Shown piece after piece: positions 1 to 10,451 of a stretch of 64,000 nt of DNA. The stretch spans positions 3,721-67,720 of the forward strand of contig JAAAOB010000172.1 in assembly GCA_009909035.1 (NCBI GenBank), written 5' to 3'. Source of the stretch: Bacteroidota bacterium (GTDB taxonomy: Bacteria > Bacteroidota > Rhodothermia > Balneolales > Balneolaceae). Position 1 is the first letter of the stretch. The number at the start of each line of letters is the position of its first letter. The notes beneath the pieces are model-generated. The model was not told where the DNA came from and did not search any database. It was given only the letters and a program-made list of their open reading frames with translations. The position numbers were made by a program, and so were the translations under genes.

Positions 1-2
1 AC

Positions 3-980
3 AAGCAGTGGGAAGGCGGAAAGCTCCTGCCGGAATATTATGATACCTGGGCGTTGTTCTTTTCAAAATACCTGAAAGCCTATCAGGATGAAGGGATTGA
101 TATCTGGGGCGTCACAGTGGAGAACGAACCACTGGGTAACGACAGCAACTGGGAGAGTATGCACTACACTCCGGAAGAGCAGAATGAATTTGTGAAAGGC
201 CATCTTGGCCCGGTGTTACAGGATGAGTGGCCGGATGTGAAAATTCTGGGCTATGATCAAAATCGCCATGAGGAATTGATCGAATGGGCAGATGCGATGT
301 ATGATGACGAAGAAGCCGCCCAGTATTATGATGGAACGGCGGTTCACTGGTATGCAAGTACCTACAAGATCTTTGCTGATGAGCTTCAGTATGCGCACCA
401 AAAAGCACCAAATAACCATCTGATACAAACCGAGGCAACAGTAGATGCCGAAGTTCCGAAATGGAAAGATGATGACTGGTACTGGGCCAAAGAAGCCACC
501 GACTGGGGCTGGGACTGGGCGCCTGAGGACCGCAAATATCTGCACCCTAAATATGTGCCGGTCTACCGATACGCCCGCGATATTATTGGAACCCTGAACA
601 ATGAAGTGGATGGATGGATAGACTGGAATATGGTTCTGGATCGGCAGGGCGGCCCCAACTGGGCAGAAAACTGGTGTGTGGCCCCGGTTATTGTAGATCC
701 GGATGCCGACGAAGTCTATTTCACCCCGCTCTATTACACCATGGCGCAGTTTAGCCGGTATATACGGCCAGGTGCGGTCCGTATTGGACATAACCAGCCC
801 CAGGTTGAAGGAGATGTGATGGTTACAGCTGTTCAAAATCCAGATGGATCCATTGCGGTGGTTCTGCTGAACCAGGATGAGGATGCAAAAGGAATAGAAT
901 TAGATCTAAACGGAAAATCAGCCTCTTTTGCCATACAGGGAAAGGCCATACAAACAGTGGTGATCGGGGCGGATGAGTGA
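3..980 (+). CDS. Glycoside hydrolase family 30 (glucosylceramidase-like), 5'-truncated by the window edge
   Basis: The frame is open from position 3 (KQWEGGKLLPEYY...). It has the GH30 acid/base motif TVENEP, a nucleophile region LIQTEA, WIDWNMVLD..GGPN, QFSRYIRPGA and a C-terminal beta-sandwich (NPDGSIAVVLLN). Confidence 0.88.
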   Translation, partial: KQWEGGKLLPEYYDTWALFFSKYLKAYQDEGIDIWGVTVENEPLGNDSNWESMHYTPEEQNEFVKGHLGPVLQDEWPDVKILGYDQNRHEELIEWADAMYDDEEAAQYYDGTAVHWYASTYKIFADELQYAHQKAPNNHLIQTEATVDAEVPKWKDDDWYWAKEATDWGWDWAPEDRKYLHPKYVPVYRYARDIIGTLNNEVDGWIDWNMVLDRQGGPNWAENWCVAPVIVDPDADEVYFTPLYYTMAQFSRYIRPGAVRIGHNQPQVEGDVMVTAVQNPDGSIAVVLLNQDEDAKGIELDLNGKSASFAIQGKAIQTVVIGADE

Positions 981-1006
981 TCGGTTTAACATATAATAAA
1001 TAATCA

Positions 1007-3358
1007 ATGTCTCAACCTATGGCCTCAAAACAGATGGTGCCCTATCGTCATAAAATAGCTTTCGGGATGGGTATGCTGGCAAACCAAATGTTTCCCGCTA
1101 CTCTTGGAATCTTTATGGTTGTGTTGGTACAAAATCTTGGGTTTCCGGGCTGGATGTGGGGGATCGTCTATTTTCTACCGAGGGTACTTGATGCGGTTAC
1201 CGATCCTATCATGGGCTTTATCTCAGATAATACCCGTTCAAGATTTGGGCGAAGAAGACAGTATGTAATATCCGGTGCAGTTATCATGGGAGTTGCTTTT
1301 ACAATCATGTGGCAGCTCTATGCAGATAACTCGCTCAATTATAATTTTGGCTATTTCCTCTTTTGGTCGTTTGCCTTCTACATCGGCTTAACCGTATTCA
1401 GTGTGCCCTATGTGGCTATCGGGTATGAAATGAGTGACGATTTTCATGAGCGAACCGAAATCATGGCCATTGCACAGTGGATAGGTCAATGGGCCTGGGT
1501 TATTGCTCCATGGTTTTGGGTGATCATGTACGATCCGGCGTGGTTCCCAACCGCTGAAGAGGCTACCCGAGAACTTGCTCTCTGGGTAGGCGTTACCTTT
1601 GGTATATGTGCAATGATTCCAGGGCTTTTTATTCCAAGTGAATCTACTGTCAATGAGGATTATGAACCACTGACGCTAAAAAATGTTAAACGGAGCCTGA
1701 AAGAGATCCTGAGAGGATTCAGGGAGGCGTTCTCATCTGTCCCGTTCAGGAAGCTCTGTATCGCTACATTTTTCATCTTCAATGCCTTTAACACGGTAGC
1801 CGGATTCTCTTTCTTCATTATTGTCTGGTATCTGTTTGGCGGAGACGCCGGCGAAGCGGGCATTTGGACCCCGCTATTTGGGAGTGCCGGCGCACTGGTG
1901 ACCACCTTCTTGGTGATCCCGATTGTAGCTCGGATGTCAAGAAAACTCGGCAAGAAAAAGGCATTCATGATATCGCAAACGATTGCACTGTTTGGGTATG
2001 CGAGTTTGTGGTTTCTGTTCGTTCCGGGACATCCGTGGCTGTTTTTGCTGGCATTACCCTTTCACTCATTCGGGATCGGGAGTCTGTTCGTATTGATGAT
2101 GTCGATGACGGCAGATGTTATCGATATAGACGAACTCAACTATGGAAAACGGAGAGAGGGAATATTCGGAGCCATCTACTGGTACATGGTGAAGTTTGGT
2201 TTTGCGATTGCCGGGGGATTAAGTGGTGTTATTCTTACGGTTGTCGGTTTTGATGGTAATCTGTCAGTACAGCCTGAAGGAGCAATCACGGGATTGAGGG
2301 TTTTCTTTTCGGGCTTGCCGATGTTTGGAACGTTCGTGGCACTCTGGGTGATGCGCGATTATGACGTTACCGAAGAAAAAGCAAATGAGGTCCGGGAGAT
2401 ATTGGATGCACGCAAGGCAGAAAAAGAAGCCGTAGCTGTCCCTTATTCTTACCAAAAAGACCGTTTGCTCACGATGACCTCAATTGACCCCGATGCTGAA
2501 GCCGTAGCACCGGAGATCACAAATCTCAGCATAAAGAAGTTGAGGAAAGCCTTTAAGGAATCGCTGAACAGCGGTATTCATGGATTTTGTTTTAGCCCTT
2601 ATCTGGAAGGACAAAACCTGGGCGATCAGCTATCAAGAGAGCAGATTGAGAAACGAATGAAAGTCTTGACTCCGCACACAAAATGGATCCGTTCATTCTC
2701 CTGTACCGATGGAAACGAATATATCCCTGAAGTAGCCAAAGCAATGGGCTTAAATACGGTGGTTGGAGCCTGGATTGATGAAGATCTTGAGTCAAATAAA
2801 ACCGAGATAGAAAATTTAATTAAGGTGGCCAAAGCGGGGCATGCAGATATCGTAACTGTTGGTAACGAGTGTCTGTTAAGGGGAGAACTAAATAAAGATG
2901 AAATTATAGACTATATTCACAAGGTGAAAGATGCTCTGCCCGGTGTGATGGTGAGTTATGTAGATACATATTATCAACTCCATCAGAGCCCGGATGTAAT
3001 AGAGGCTTGTGATGTTGTACTTGCCAACTGTTATCCATTCTGGGAAGGGTACGATACAGATCACTCATCGGTCTATTTGAAAAAGATGTACGAAGTGACG
3101 AAAGATATAGCCGGTGACAAAAAAGTGATTATCGCTGAAACTGGTTGGCCTACATACGGAAAAAACGTGGATCAGGCTGAACCATCCATTGAAAATATGA
3201 TGAAGTATTTCATCCGTTTAAAAAAATGGAGTGAACAGGAAGGGGTTGAGGTGTTTTACTTCTCTTCATTTGATGAATCCTGGAAAGCCCGACATGAAGG
3301 CGATGTAGGAGCGAGATGGGGACTTTGGAATAAAAATGAACAGTTAAAAGTAAATTAA
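1007..3358 (+). CDS. GPH/MelB-type MFS sugar transporter fused to a C-terminal GH17 (beta-1,3-glucanase-like) domain
   Basis: The N-terminal ~470 aa are hydrophobic with GPH motifs DAVTDPIMGFISDNTRSRFGRRR and DIDELNYGKRREG. The C-terminal ~280 aa carry GH17 motifs VGNE, IAETGWP and FDESWK...WGLW. Confidence 0.88.
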   Translation: MSQPMASKQMVPYRHKIAFGMGMLANQMFPATLGIFMVVLVQNLGFPGWMWGIVYFLPRVLDAVTDPIMGFISDNTRSRFGRRRQYVISGAVIMGVAFTIMWQLYADNSLNYNFGYFLFWSFAFYIGLTVFSVPYVAIGYEMSDDFHERTEIMAIAQWIGQWAWVIAPWFWVIMYDPAWFPTAEEATRELALWVGVTFGICAMIPGLFIPSESTVNEDYEPLTLKNVKRSLKEILRGFREAFSSVPFRKLCIATFFIFNAFNTVAGFSFFIIVWYLFGGDAGEAGIWTPLFGSAGALVTTFLVIPIVARMSRKLGKKKAFMISQTIALFGYASLWFLFVPGHPWLFLLALPFHSFGIGSLFVLMMSMTADVIDIDELNYGKRREGIFGAIYWYMVKFGFAIAGGLSGVILTVVGFDGNLSVQPEGAITGLRVFFSGLPMFGTFVALWVMRDYDVTEEKANEVREILDARKAEKEAVAVPYSYQKDRLLTMTSIDPDAEAVAPEITNLSIKKLRKAFKESLNSGIHGFCFSPYLEGQNLGDQLSREQIEKRMKVLTPHTKWIRSFSCTDGNEYIPEVAKAMGLNTVVGAWIDEDLESNKTEIENLIKVAKAGHADIVTVGNECLLRGELNKDEIIDYIHKVKDALPGVMVSYVDTYYQLHQSPDVIEACDVVLANCYPFWEGYDTDHSSVYLKKMYEVTKDIAGDKKVIIAETGWPTYGKNVDQAEPSIENMMKYFIRLKKWSEQEGVEVFYFSSFDESWKARHEGDVGARWGLWNKNEQLKVN

Positions 3359-3359
3359 G

Positions 3360-4268
3360 ATGTCATATAGAGAAGAAAAATTTCTAACATACTCCGGGCC
3401 GGGTAAAAAGACCGATGTGGGTTATACTAAAGATATGCCCGCGGAGGAGATATCAAGTCTTTTTCACGAATTATTAAACAGCGGAATCCATGGTTTCTGT
3501 TTTAGCCTTTATGAGGAAGGGCAGGGACCGGGCCACATTGTTTCTGAAGATCAAATCAGGCGACGGATGAACGTACTGAAGCCTCACACAAGCTGGATAC
3601 GAACATTTTCATGTACAGAAGGCAACGAATTGATTCCAAAAGTGGCAAAAGAGATGGGAATCAAAACACTGGTTGGAGCCTGGCTGGGAAGTGACTCTGA
3701 AAAAAATGAGGAAGAGATCGAAAACCTCATCAAACTTGCCAAAGATGGGCTCGTGGATGTAGCTGCTGTTGGTAACGAAGTTCTGTACCGAAATGATCTG
3801 TCCCTGGAAGAACTGCTCGAAAAAATACGATATGTAAAAGAACATATCAGTGACCACATCCCGGTAGGCTACGTAGACGCGTACTACGAGTTTGTGAACC
3901 ACCAGGAAATCGTTGATATATGTGATGTTATTCTTTGCAACTGTTATCCGTATTGGGAAGGAACATCAATCGACGACTCCTTCCACCACATGCAGCATAT
4001 GTTTAACCAGGCAAAAGGGGCTGGTAAGGGCAAGCGGGTTATTATTACCGAAACCGGCTGGCCAAGCCAGGGTGAAGGTTTAGGAGGTGCAAAGCCATCT
4101 CACGAGAACGCTATGAAATACTTTGTGAACGCCAATCTATGGTCCAAAGACGACAATATTGAAATGTTCTACTTTTCGTCTTTTGATGAATCCTGGAAGG
4201 TGGGAAGCGAAGGAGATGTAGGAGCATACTGGGGCATTTGGGACAGTAACCGAGAACTTAAATACTGA
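3360..4268 (+). CDS. Glycoside hydrolase family 17 protein
   Basis: Motifs AVGNEV, ITETGWP and FDESWK..EGDVGAYWGIW. It is a close paralog of the GH17 domain in the upstream fusion and starts 1 nt after that gene's stop. Confidence 0.88.
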   Translation: MSYREEKFLTYSGPGKKTDVGYTKDMPAEEISSLFHELLNSGIHGFCFSLYEEGQGPGHIVSEDQIRRRMNVLKPHTSWIRTFSCTEGNELIPKVAKEMGIKTLVGAWLGSDSEKNEEEIENLIKLAKDGLVDVAAVGNEVLYRNDLSLEELLEKIRYVKEHISDHIPVGYVDAYYEFVNHQEIVDICDVILCNCYPYWEGTSIDDSFHHMQHMFNQAKGAGKGKRVIITETGWPSQGEGLGGAKPSHENAMKYFVNANLWSKDDNIEMFYFSSFDESWKVGSEGDVGAYWGIWDSNRELKY

Positions 4269-4270
4269 GA

Positions 4271-5215
4271 ATGAACACATTTGACAGGATTGGTATTAAA
4301 CCCGGACGGGCGATCTGCTACTCGGGTTACCGAGAAGGCCAGCAACCTGGCGGAAAAATTCCAACCTATGAGCAGGTGAAGGAAGATCTCTTGATTCTGC
4401 ACGGTCACTGGAGATATTTACGCGTGTACGATTGTGATGAACATACACAGACCATTTTAGAAGTTATTGAAAAGGAAAAGCTCAATTTTAAAGTGATGCT
4501 TGGAGCATACATAAATGCGGAAATGAACAATTTTAGCTGTCCCTGGGATGGCGGCGTTTATTCCCAAAAGCAGTTGAAAGAGAACCGGGCTAAAAACAGC
4601 TGGAAAATTGGTCGGCTTATTGAGATGGCAAATTGCTACCCTGAAATTGCCTGTACACTGTCTGTGGGCAACGAAGCCTGCGTAGAATGGACAGATCACT
4701 ACGTACATGAAGACAAGGTCTCGGAATATGTAGAGCGTGTTCAGAAAGGCGCAGATCAGCCCGTCACGTTTTGCGAAAATTATGTGCCCTGGATGTATAA
4801 GCTCGAAGCACTGGCCGGTGTCGTGGACTTTATTTCCGTTCACACATACCCTGTATGGGAATACAAGCATATTAATGAAGCAATTGAATACACGAAGCAC
4901 AATTATTACTCAGTTGCTGAGAAATATCCTGACACTCCTGTGGTTATCACTGAAGCAGGATGGGCAACGCGATCAAATGGTCGTGGAATAGAACCTACAA
5001 ATGTGAACGAACAGCATCAAAAAGCCTACTATGAACAACTGATGGAATGGACGGAAAAGGAGCAGATCCTCACATTCTTTTTCGAAGCATTTGACGAAAA
5101 ATGGAAAGGGTCGCCTCATCCGGCGGAACCTGAAAAACATTGGGGGCTGTTCAAAATAAACAGAACTCCTAAGCTTGCGGTAAAGCATGTAGTTAAACAA
5201 CGGGTTTCTACTTAG
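4271..5215 (+). CDS. Glycoside hydrolase family 17 protein
   Basis: Motifs AICYSGYREGQ, SVGNEA, ITEAGWAT and FFFEAFDEKWK...EKHWGLF. Confidence 0.85.
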   Translation: MNTFDRIGIKPGRAICYSGYREGQQPGGKIPTYEQVKEDLLILHGHWRYLRVYDCDEHTQTILEVIEKEKLNFKVMLGAYINAEMNNFSCPWDGGVYSQKQLKENRAKNSWKIGRLIEMANCYPEIACTLSVGNEACVEWTDHYVHEDKVSEYVERVQKGADQPVTFCENYVPWMYKLEALAGVVDFISVHTYPVWEYKHINEAIEYTKHNYYSVAEKYPDTPVVITEAGWATRSNGRGIEPTNVNEQHQKAYYEQLMEWTEKEQILTFFFEAFDEKWKGSPHPAEPEKHWGLFKINRTPKLAVKHVVKQRVST

Positions 5216-5324
5216 TAGAAACACATAAAATGCTTACATAAAAAGAAGCGCATTTAAAATCTTAACTAAAACACCTAACATCGATCAATTCGCTACCAAT
5301 CTTAACTTATCTAATCTAAAAATT

Positions 5325-6677
5325 ATGAAAACAATAATACGAAGAACAATACTGACATTTGCCCTTCTGGCAATGGCCAATCTGGCGTTTGCGCAGAGTG
5401 GTGATGAACTTCTGACCAACGGGGATTTCGAAGATGGAAGAGCTCCATGGACGGATACAGCTGGTGAAATCAGAACTGAAGGTGGCAACAGCTTTTTCTT
5501 TGCTGATGTAGCATCAGCAGGAGATGCATTTGCAGTGAACCTCAGTCAAGCAGGATTAGAAATAATACAAGACTCTGTTTATACCTTTACGTTTGATGCA
5601 TCAACAGGTGAAGGAAACTCTCGGACAATGATCGTGGGTATTGGTCTAAATGAAGCACCATTCACCGCTGCTACTGAGACGATAACTTTAACAGACAGTG
5701 ACTCTACCTACACCTTAGAATTGCAAGCGAACTTTGGATCCACCGATGGTCGTGTGTTATTCGATATGGGTGCCGAGACTGGAATTGTTGTCATAGATAA
5801 CGTTTCACTTGTACAAGGTGGAGAAGTTTCTGAAGAACCAGCAGCACCTGCGCCTGAGGTAGCAGCACCTACTCCTCCCGACAGAAATGCAGAAGATGTG
5901 ATCTCAGTTTACAGCGATGCATATACCAACATTGGTGTTACTACACTCGCCACAGAATGGAGCCAGGGAAGTTTAACTGATGAAGTTGAAATAGAATCAG
6001 GCGAATTTGCCTTACTATATAACATCGAAAATTTTATCGGTATCCAGCTGGAAAACGGAAATGATCTGACCAATTTCACGCATATGCATTTTGATTATTG
6101 GGTTGCAGATGAATCTGTAGAGGCAGGTGCGATTTTAAACCCCAAACTATCGAATCATGCCGGTTTACCCGAAACAGAAGGTGAAACCAATGCTATTGGT
6201 TCGGTAAACCCTGTAACTACAGCAGGTGAATGGGTTTCATTTGATGTAGCACTTGATGATTTCACATCCGAATCTGCCAATGGCTCTTTGGATAGGGAAA
6301 GTATTTATCAAATTGTCATGACTACGGCAGGTACTATCTCTGATGTTTATATCGATAACATTTATTTCTATAATCAAACGGCAACGAGTATAGACGATGT
6401 AAACGAATCACCAAACAGCTTCACGCTCAATCAAAATTTCCCGAACCCGTTCAATCCGTCTACAAAAATTACCTATTCGATTCCCGAAGCAAGTAATGTG
6501 ACGCTTGAAGTGTTTAACATCCAGGGTCAGCGAGTTGCGACACTGGTTGACGGGCTGCAGAGTGCGGGACCGCATTCAGTAACGTTTGATGCATCCAATC
6601 TAGCCTCCGGCCTGTATACCTACCGGCTGGTGTCAGAAAACACCGTTATGGTGAGAAAAATGACGCTCATCAAATAA
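5325..6677 (+). CDS. Secreted carbohydrate-binding (CBM4/9-like) protein with a T9SS type A-like C-terminal sorting domain
   Basis: Signal peptide, LLTNGDFEDG CBM-like start, Pro/Ala linker (PAAPAPEVAAPTPP), DVISVYSDAY module, and a C-terminal LNQNFPNPFNPST...KMTLIK tail. Confidence 0.75.
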   Translation: MKTIIRRTILTFALLAMANLAFAQSGDELLTNGDFEDGRAPWTDTAGEIRTEGGNSFFFADVASAGDAFAVNLSQAGLEIIQDSVYTFTFDASTGEGNSRTMIVGIGLNEAPFTAATETITLTDSDSTYTLELQANFGSTDGRVLFDMGAETGIVVIDNVSLVQGGEVSEEPAAPAPEVAAPTPPDRNAEDVISVYSDAYTNIGVTTLATEWSQGSLTDEVEIESGEFALLYNIENFIGIQLENGNDLTNFTHMHFDYWVADESVEAGAILNPKLSNHAGLPETEGETNAIGSVNPVTTAGEWVSFDVALDDFTSESANGSLDRESIYQIVMTTAGTISDVYIDNIYFYNQTATSIDDVNESPNSFTLNQNFPNPFNPSTKITYSIPEASNVTLEVFNIQGQRVATLVDGLQSAGPHSVTFDASNLASGLYTYRLVSENTVMVRKMTLIK

Positions 6678-6704
6678 TTCTTTTCGAGAACGGATGTTCT
6701 ATCG

Positions 6705-6736
6705 AGCCGGCTTCCATACGGGAGCCGGTTTTTTTA
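6705..6736 (+). terminator. Rho-independent terminator
   Basis: Hairpin GCCGGCTTCC-ATAC-GGGAGCCGGT followed by a T run, just after the stop at 6677. Confidence 0.8.
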
Positions 6737-6839
6737 TATCTGTGATTTTTGGTGATAGTATTTTTTTATACATTCAAAATGCACTTTGTGAAGTCCAAAA
6801 AACTGTTTTACAAGAGTTTTAAACGTGGTATAAGATAAC

Positions 6840-9644
6840 ATGCAACCTGTGAACAAATCGCCACGAGTACCCTTTTACTTAAGCAAAGAACATAGAAATC
6901 AACAATTAGCGGGAAATTTCATCATCCATCTTCAACCATATCTACGAGCCATTGCAGCCACTCTTTTAGGTTTCGTTTTAGCTGCTCAAACTGGGTTTTC
7001 CCAACCTCTTCCGGAAAAGGGGGTGCCACCGCTACAGAACTACGCCCCGGCAGAATATCAGCACCAGGGAAAAATCTGGGATATTGAAGCAGCACCAAAC
7101 GGAATGGTTTACATGGCCGCCGATAAAGGCATGCTTGAGTATGATGGCAACGAATGGAAAAGTTTTAAAGGCAGTAAGGGAATTACCCGTGCAGTGCTTG
7201 TGGAATCGGACTCTCTGATATTTACCGGCTCCGACCGCGACTTTGGTGTTTGGAAAAGAGACAAATACATGGAGTTTGAATACAGATCACTATATCCGTT
7301 TAAAGATGATCTTACAGACATAAATGAAGAGTTCTGGAGTGTTCTGTCGATTGATGATACCATATTTTTTATTTCTGCTGACAATATATACGTATACGAA
7401 AATGAGAACTTGACAAAAATCCCCGCACCAGATACAATCGAGAGCAGCTTTGTGGAAAATGGTGTGCTCTACTTTGCAGACAGCAGCCAGGGGTTTTTCA
7501 AACTTGAAGATCTTTCTCCGAAAAAGATTTTTGATCTCCGCGAGGATGAGCCCATTGAAATTATCGGTATTTTCGAGACTGACGAAGGGTTAACCCTGGT
7601 GACTACAAATAACGGGCTATACCGGTATACATCAGGGAGGCTGACACCTCTCGAGAATCAGCTATCACGCAAGTTGAGAACAGCGAATGCGTTCAGCTTT
7701 GATACCATTGGTGATACCCACCTTGCATTCGGGACAATTCTGGAGGGGGTATTTATCAGTGACCTGGAGGGACGTATTGTTCACTATATCAACAAGAATA
7801 AAGGGTTACAGAATAACACAATTCTAAGTTTGCATTACAGCCCGGCCGGAACACTCTGGCTGGGTATGGATTACGGTGTATCCCGAATGGATTTGAGCAG
7901 TGAGTTCACCTTTTTTTATGACTACAGGGGAAATTTTGGCACAGGAAACAGCGCAGTTCTAACCGATAATTCTGAGTTTTATCTGGGCACCAATCAGGGT
8001 TTATACAGGTCTGACTGGGATGATCTGAACAACGAAAGTGAGTTATACGATTTTACCCTGGTTCCCAATACGGAGGGGCAGGTCTGGACTCTTGAAACGA
8101 TCGATAACCAGCTATGGATTGGACACGATAATGGGCTGTTCGTTTTAGAAGATGAAGAACTAAACCAGATTGGGAATGGACGAGGTGTTTGGACTATTCA
8201 GCCGTATCGGGACGTGCTGCTTGCAGGAACGTACAACGGGATCTATATCCTGGAGAAAAGGGAAGGGGAATGGCGCTACACGAAACAGATGGAGCTTATC
8301 CTGGGGTCAAGTAACCAAATCATTCCTGATACTAACGATGATGACCTGCTCTGGATCAATATCCCGAACTTTGGAGTGATTCAAGCTACCGTTGATGAAA
8401 ATCTATACCCGGTGAACCGTGAAATTTTTCTGAGCAGTGAATTTAGCGGCAGCGAACACTATATACGGAAGGGGAAAAATGGAATAGAAGTAGTGACGGA
8501 TAATTATACATATGAGTACAACCGGGCGACAAACGAGTTCAATGAAAAAATGCGCAGTGTCAACAAGCACCAGCTCGAGGATCAGTTGGTCAGGAACGCG
8601 GAGTCTGCACTGCTGAACGAACAATATGAGTTCTTCCCGGTATACAATGGCTTTGCTCTTAAAAATCTCAGTATGGATACCAATCGGGACGAGAGTTCCT
8701 ACAACCTGGTTCTAAGAACCATTCAGGCGTTTACCAATGAAGAACGAAGGGATTTTAATAACGGTGCTGCCATACCATACAATTTCGACAACCTGAATAT
8801 ACGGAGCATTGTTCCCAACCAGGATGATGTACAATACCAGTATACGACTGCGGATCAGGATGAGTGGAGTGAGTGGTCATCGGACGGAACGATTGAATTA
8901 ATCGGGCTGGAGTATGGGCTGCATATAATCTCTGTGCGAGCAATGGTAGATGGTGTAACGACACCGATCTTGCAGATTTCATTTCGATTAAATACACCGT
9001 GGTATCTTACCTGGTATGCGTATCTCTTCTATTTTCTGCTCCTGCTTTTGATGATCTATTTGCTGTATGTATGGCAGGGAATTACACTGGATCGCCAAAA
9101 AAAATATCTGCTTTCTGTCCAGAGAAATTACCTTAATGAACAGAAACAGCGGCATAAACAGCAGCTTCAACGCGTGGAAGAGCAAAAATTGCAGGCAGAA
9201 TATGAACAGGTGAAAGCCCAGCTCAAAAGCAAAACCATTGAGCTTGCAACGAAGGCGAAGGAGAATGATGAAAAAAATAAAATTCTAAAGACCCTGAAAG
9301 AGAAATTTGAGAAATTGGCTGACAACCCGGAATCATTGAAACGGCGAACGGCAGAGATTAAGAGTATTCTTGATTCACATATCAACTCCGAGGACAATAC
9401 GTTCGAAATTCAGATTGATGAGCTTCACCAGGAATTTTTTGAATCTCTCAGGGCGGACTATCCGGAGCTGACAAGGTACGATTTGCGGCTGTGCGCTTAT
9501 ATCAAGATTGGGTTTGACTCAAAAGAGATATCGGATATGCTGAACATAAAACCCTCAAGTGTCTACATCAGTCGTTCAAGGCTCAGAAAGAAACTTGGGA
9601 TCGACTCTGATGAAGACCTGCACAATTTTCTGAACTCTGTTTAA
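6840..9644 (+). CDS. Membrane-anchored transcriptional regulator: periplasmic beta-propeller, triple-tyrosine (YYY) domain, TM helix, coiled coil and LuxR-type HTH
   Basis: Propeller repeats (GLQNNTILSL, LWLGMDYGVS), QYQY..EWSEWS, TM segment PWYLTWYAYLFY, and C-terminal LCAYIKIGFDSKEISDMLNI..SVYISRSRLRKKL. The true start may be slightly downstream. Confidence 0.8.
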   Translation: MQPVNKSPRVPFYLSKEHRNQQLAGNFIIHLQPYLRAIAATLLGFVLAAQTGFSQPLPEKGVPPLQNYAPAEYQHQGKIWDIEAAPNGMVYMAADKGMLEYDGNEWKSFKGSKGITRAVLVESDSLIFTGSDRDFGVWKRDKYMEFEYRSLYPFKDDLTDINEEFWSVLSIDDTIFFISADNIYVYENENLTKIPAPDTIESSFVENGVLYFADSSQGFFKLEDLSPKKIFDLREDEPIEIIGIFETDEGLTLVTTNNGLYRYTSGRLTPLENQLSRKLRTANAFSFDTIGDTHLAFGTILEGVFISDLEGRIVHYINKNKGLQNNTILSLHYSPAGTLWLGMDYGVSRMDLSSEFTFFYDYRGNFGTGNSAVLTDNSEFYLGTNQGLYRSDWDDLNNESELYDFTLVPNTEGQVWTLETIDNQLWIGHDNGLFVLEDEELNQIGNGRGVWTIQPYRDVLLAGTYNGIYILEKREGEWRYTKQMELILGSSNQIIPDTNDDDLLWINIPNFGVIQATVDENLYPVNREIFLSSEFSGSEHYIRKGKNGIEVVTDNYTYEYNRATNEFNEKMRSVNKHQLEDQLVRNAESALLNEQYEFFPVYNGFALKNLSMDTNRDESSYNLVLRTIQAFTNEERRDFNNGAAIPYNFDNLNIRSIVPNQDDVQYQYTTADQDEWSEWSSDGTIELIGLEYGLHIISVRAMVDGVTTPILQISFRLNTPWYLTWYAYLFYFLLLLLMIYLLYVWQGITLDRQKKYLLSVQRNYLNEQKQRHKQQLQRVEEQKLQAEYEQVKAQLKSKTIELATKAKENDEKNKILKTLKEKFEKLADNPESLKRRTAEIKSILDSHINSEDNTFEIQIDELHQEFFESLRADYPELTRYDLRLCAYIKIGFDSKEISDMLNIKPSSVYISRSRLRKKLGIDSDEDLHNFLNSV

Positions 9645-9702
9645 GGGTAGGTGTATTTGATTAATGAATAACGGTGCAATCTGATATCTGAGTGCTCGCC
9701 GG

Positions 9703-10332
9703 TTACTCTTCGCTGCGGTTTTTCTGGAGCTGCTCAAGTCGAAGGATCTGTCGTTCGTAGTACCTTCGTTTGGATTTATTTGCAAGCCTAAGTTGCTTAT
9801 AGACGTTTTTTGCAGCATCGTAGTTGCCCTGTTTTTCATGTATGATGGCAAGGGTTTCGGTGACGATATCGTTGACGTCTTCAGATTTCTTGCTTAGATC
9901 TTCATCATTTGGAGTGTTTTCCGAAATTCTGATCCGCTTTGTTTCTGCTCCGGAAAGCCTTGATATGAGCATATCAAGATCTTCTATCGGGTGGTTGCTG
10001 TTGGTCTTCCTGCTGCTTTTCGGCGGTTCTGCTGCGGTATAGCTTTCGGGCAGCCATGCATTGAACTGGTCCGGATGTTCCATGTAGTAGGGGAGCCTGC
10101 TGAAGAACCGGCTGCCCGGGGCAAGCAGTTTTGCGGTTACGGCAAATTCGACGGCACGTTCGTTTTGGCCTGCCTTTTGGCTTAAAAGGGCAAGCAAATA
10201 GTATCCCACTGCACCACTATTGCGTCGTTTTACATGAGCCTTGAGTTTGTGTAGAGTTCCCTGGGGATCATCTTCGAACTGATCAACATAAATTTTGTAC
10301 GATTCAGGGACATCTCCGGTAGGTAGTTCCAT
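9703..10332 (-). CDS. Hypothetical TPR-like protein (conserved downstream of lptE in Bacteroidota-like genomes)
   Basis: C-terminal IVTETLAIIHEKQGNYDAAKNVYKQL motif. Start placed at the ATG of MELPTG. Confidence 0.65.
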   Translation of the reverse strand: MELPTGDVPESYKIYVDQFEDDPQGTLHKLKAHVKRRNSGAVGYYLLALLSQKAGQNERAVEFAVTAKLLAPGSRFFSRLPYYMEHPDQFNAWLPESYTAAEPPKSSRKTNSNHPIEDLDMLISRLSGAETKRIRISENTPNDEDLSKKSEDVNDIVTETLAIIHEKQGNYDAAKNVYKQLRLANKSKRRYYERQILRLEQLQKNRSEE

Positions 10333-10451
10333 CAAATTAGAACAGTCATAAAGTTTGAATTCAATATATGAGCAGACCAAAGCAGCGTGCCGGGATTTCA
10401 ACCCGAAGGTTTGACGTGTCTGAATAGTACAAAAATGTTATGAAAGTCTCA

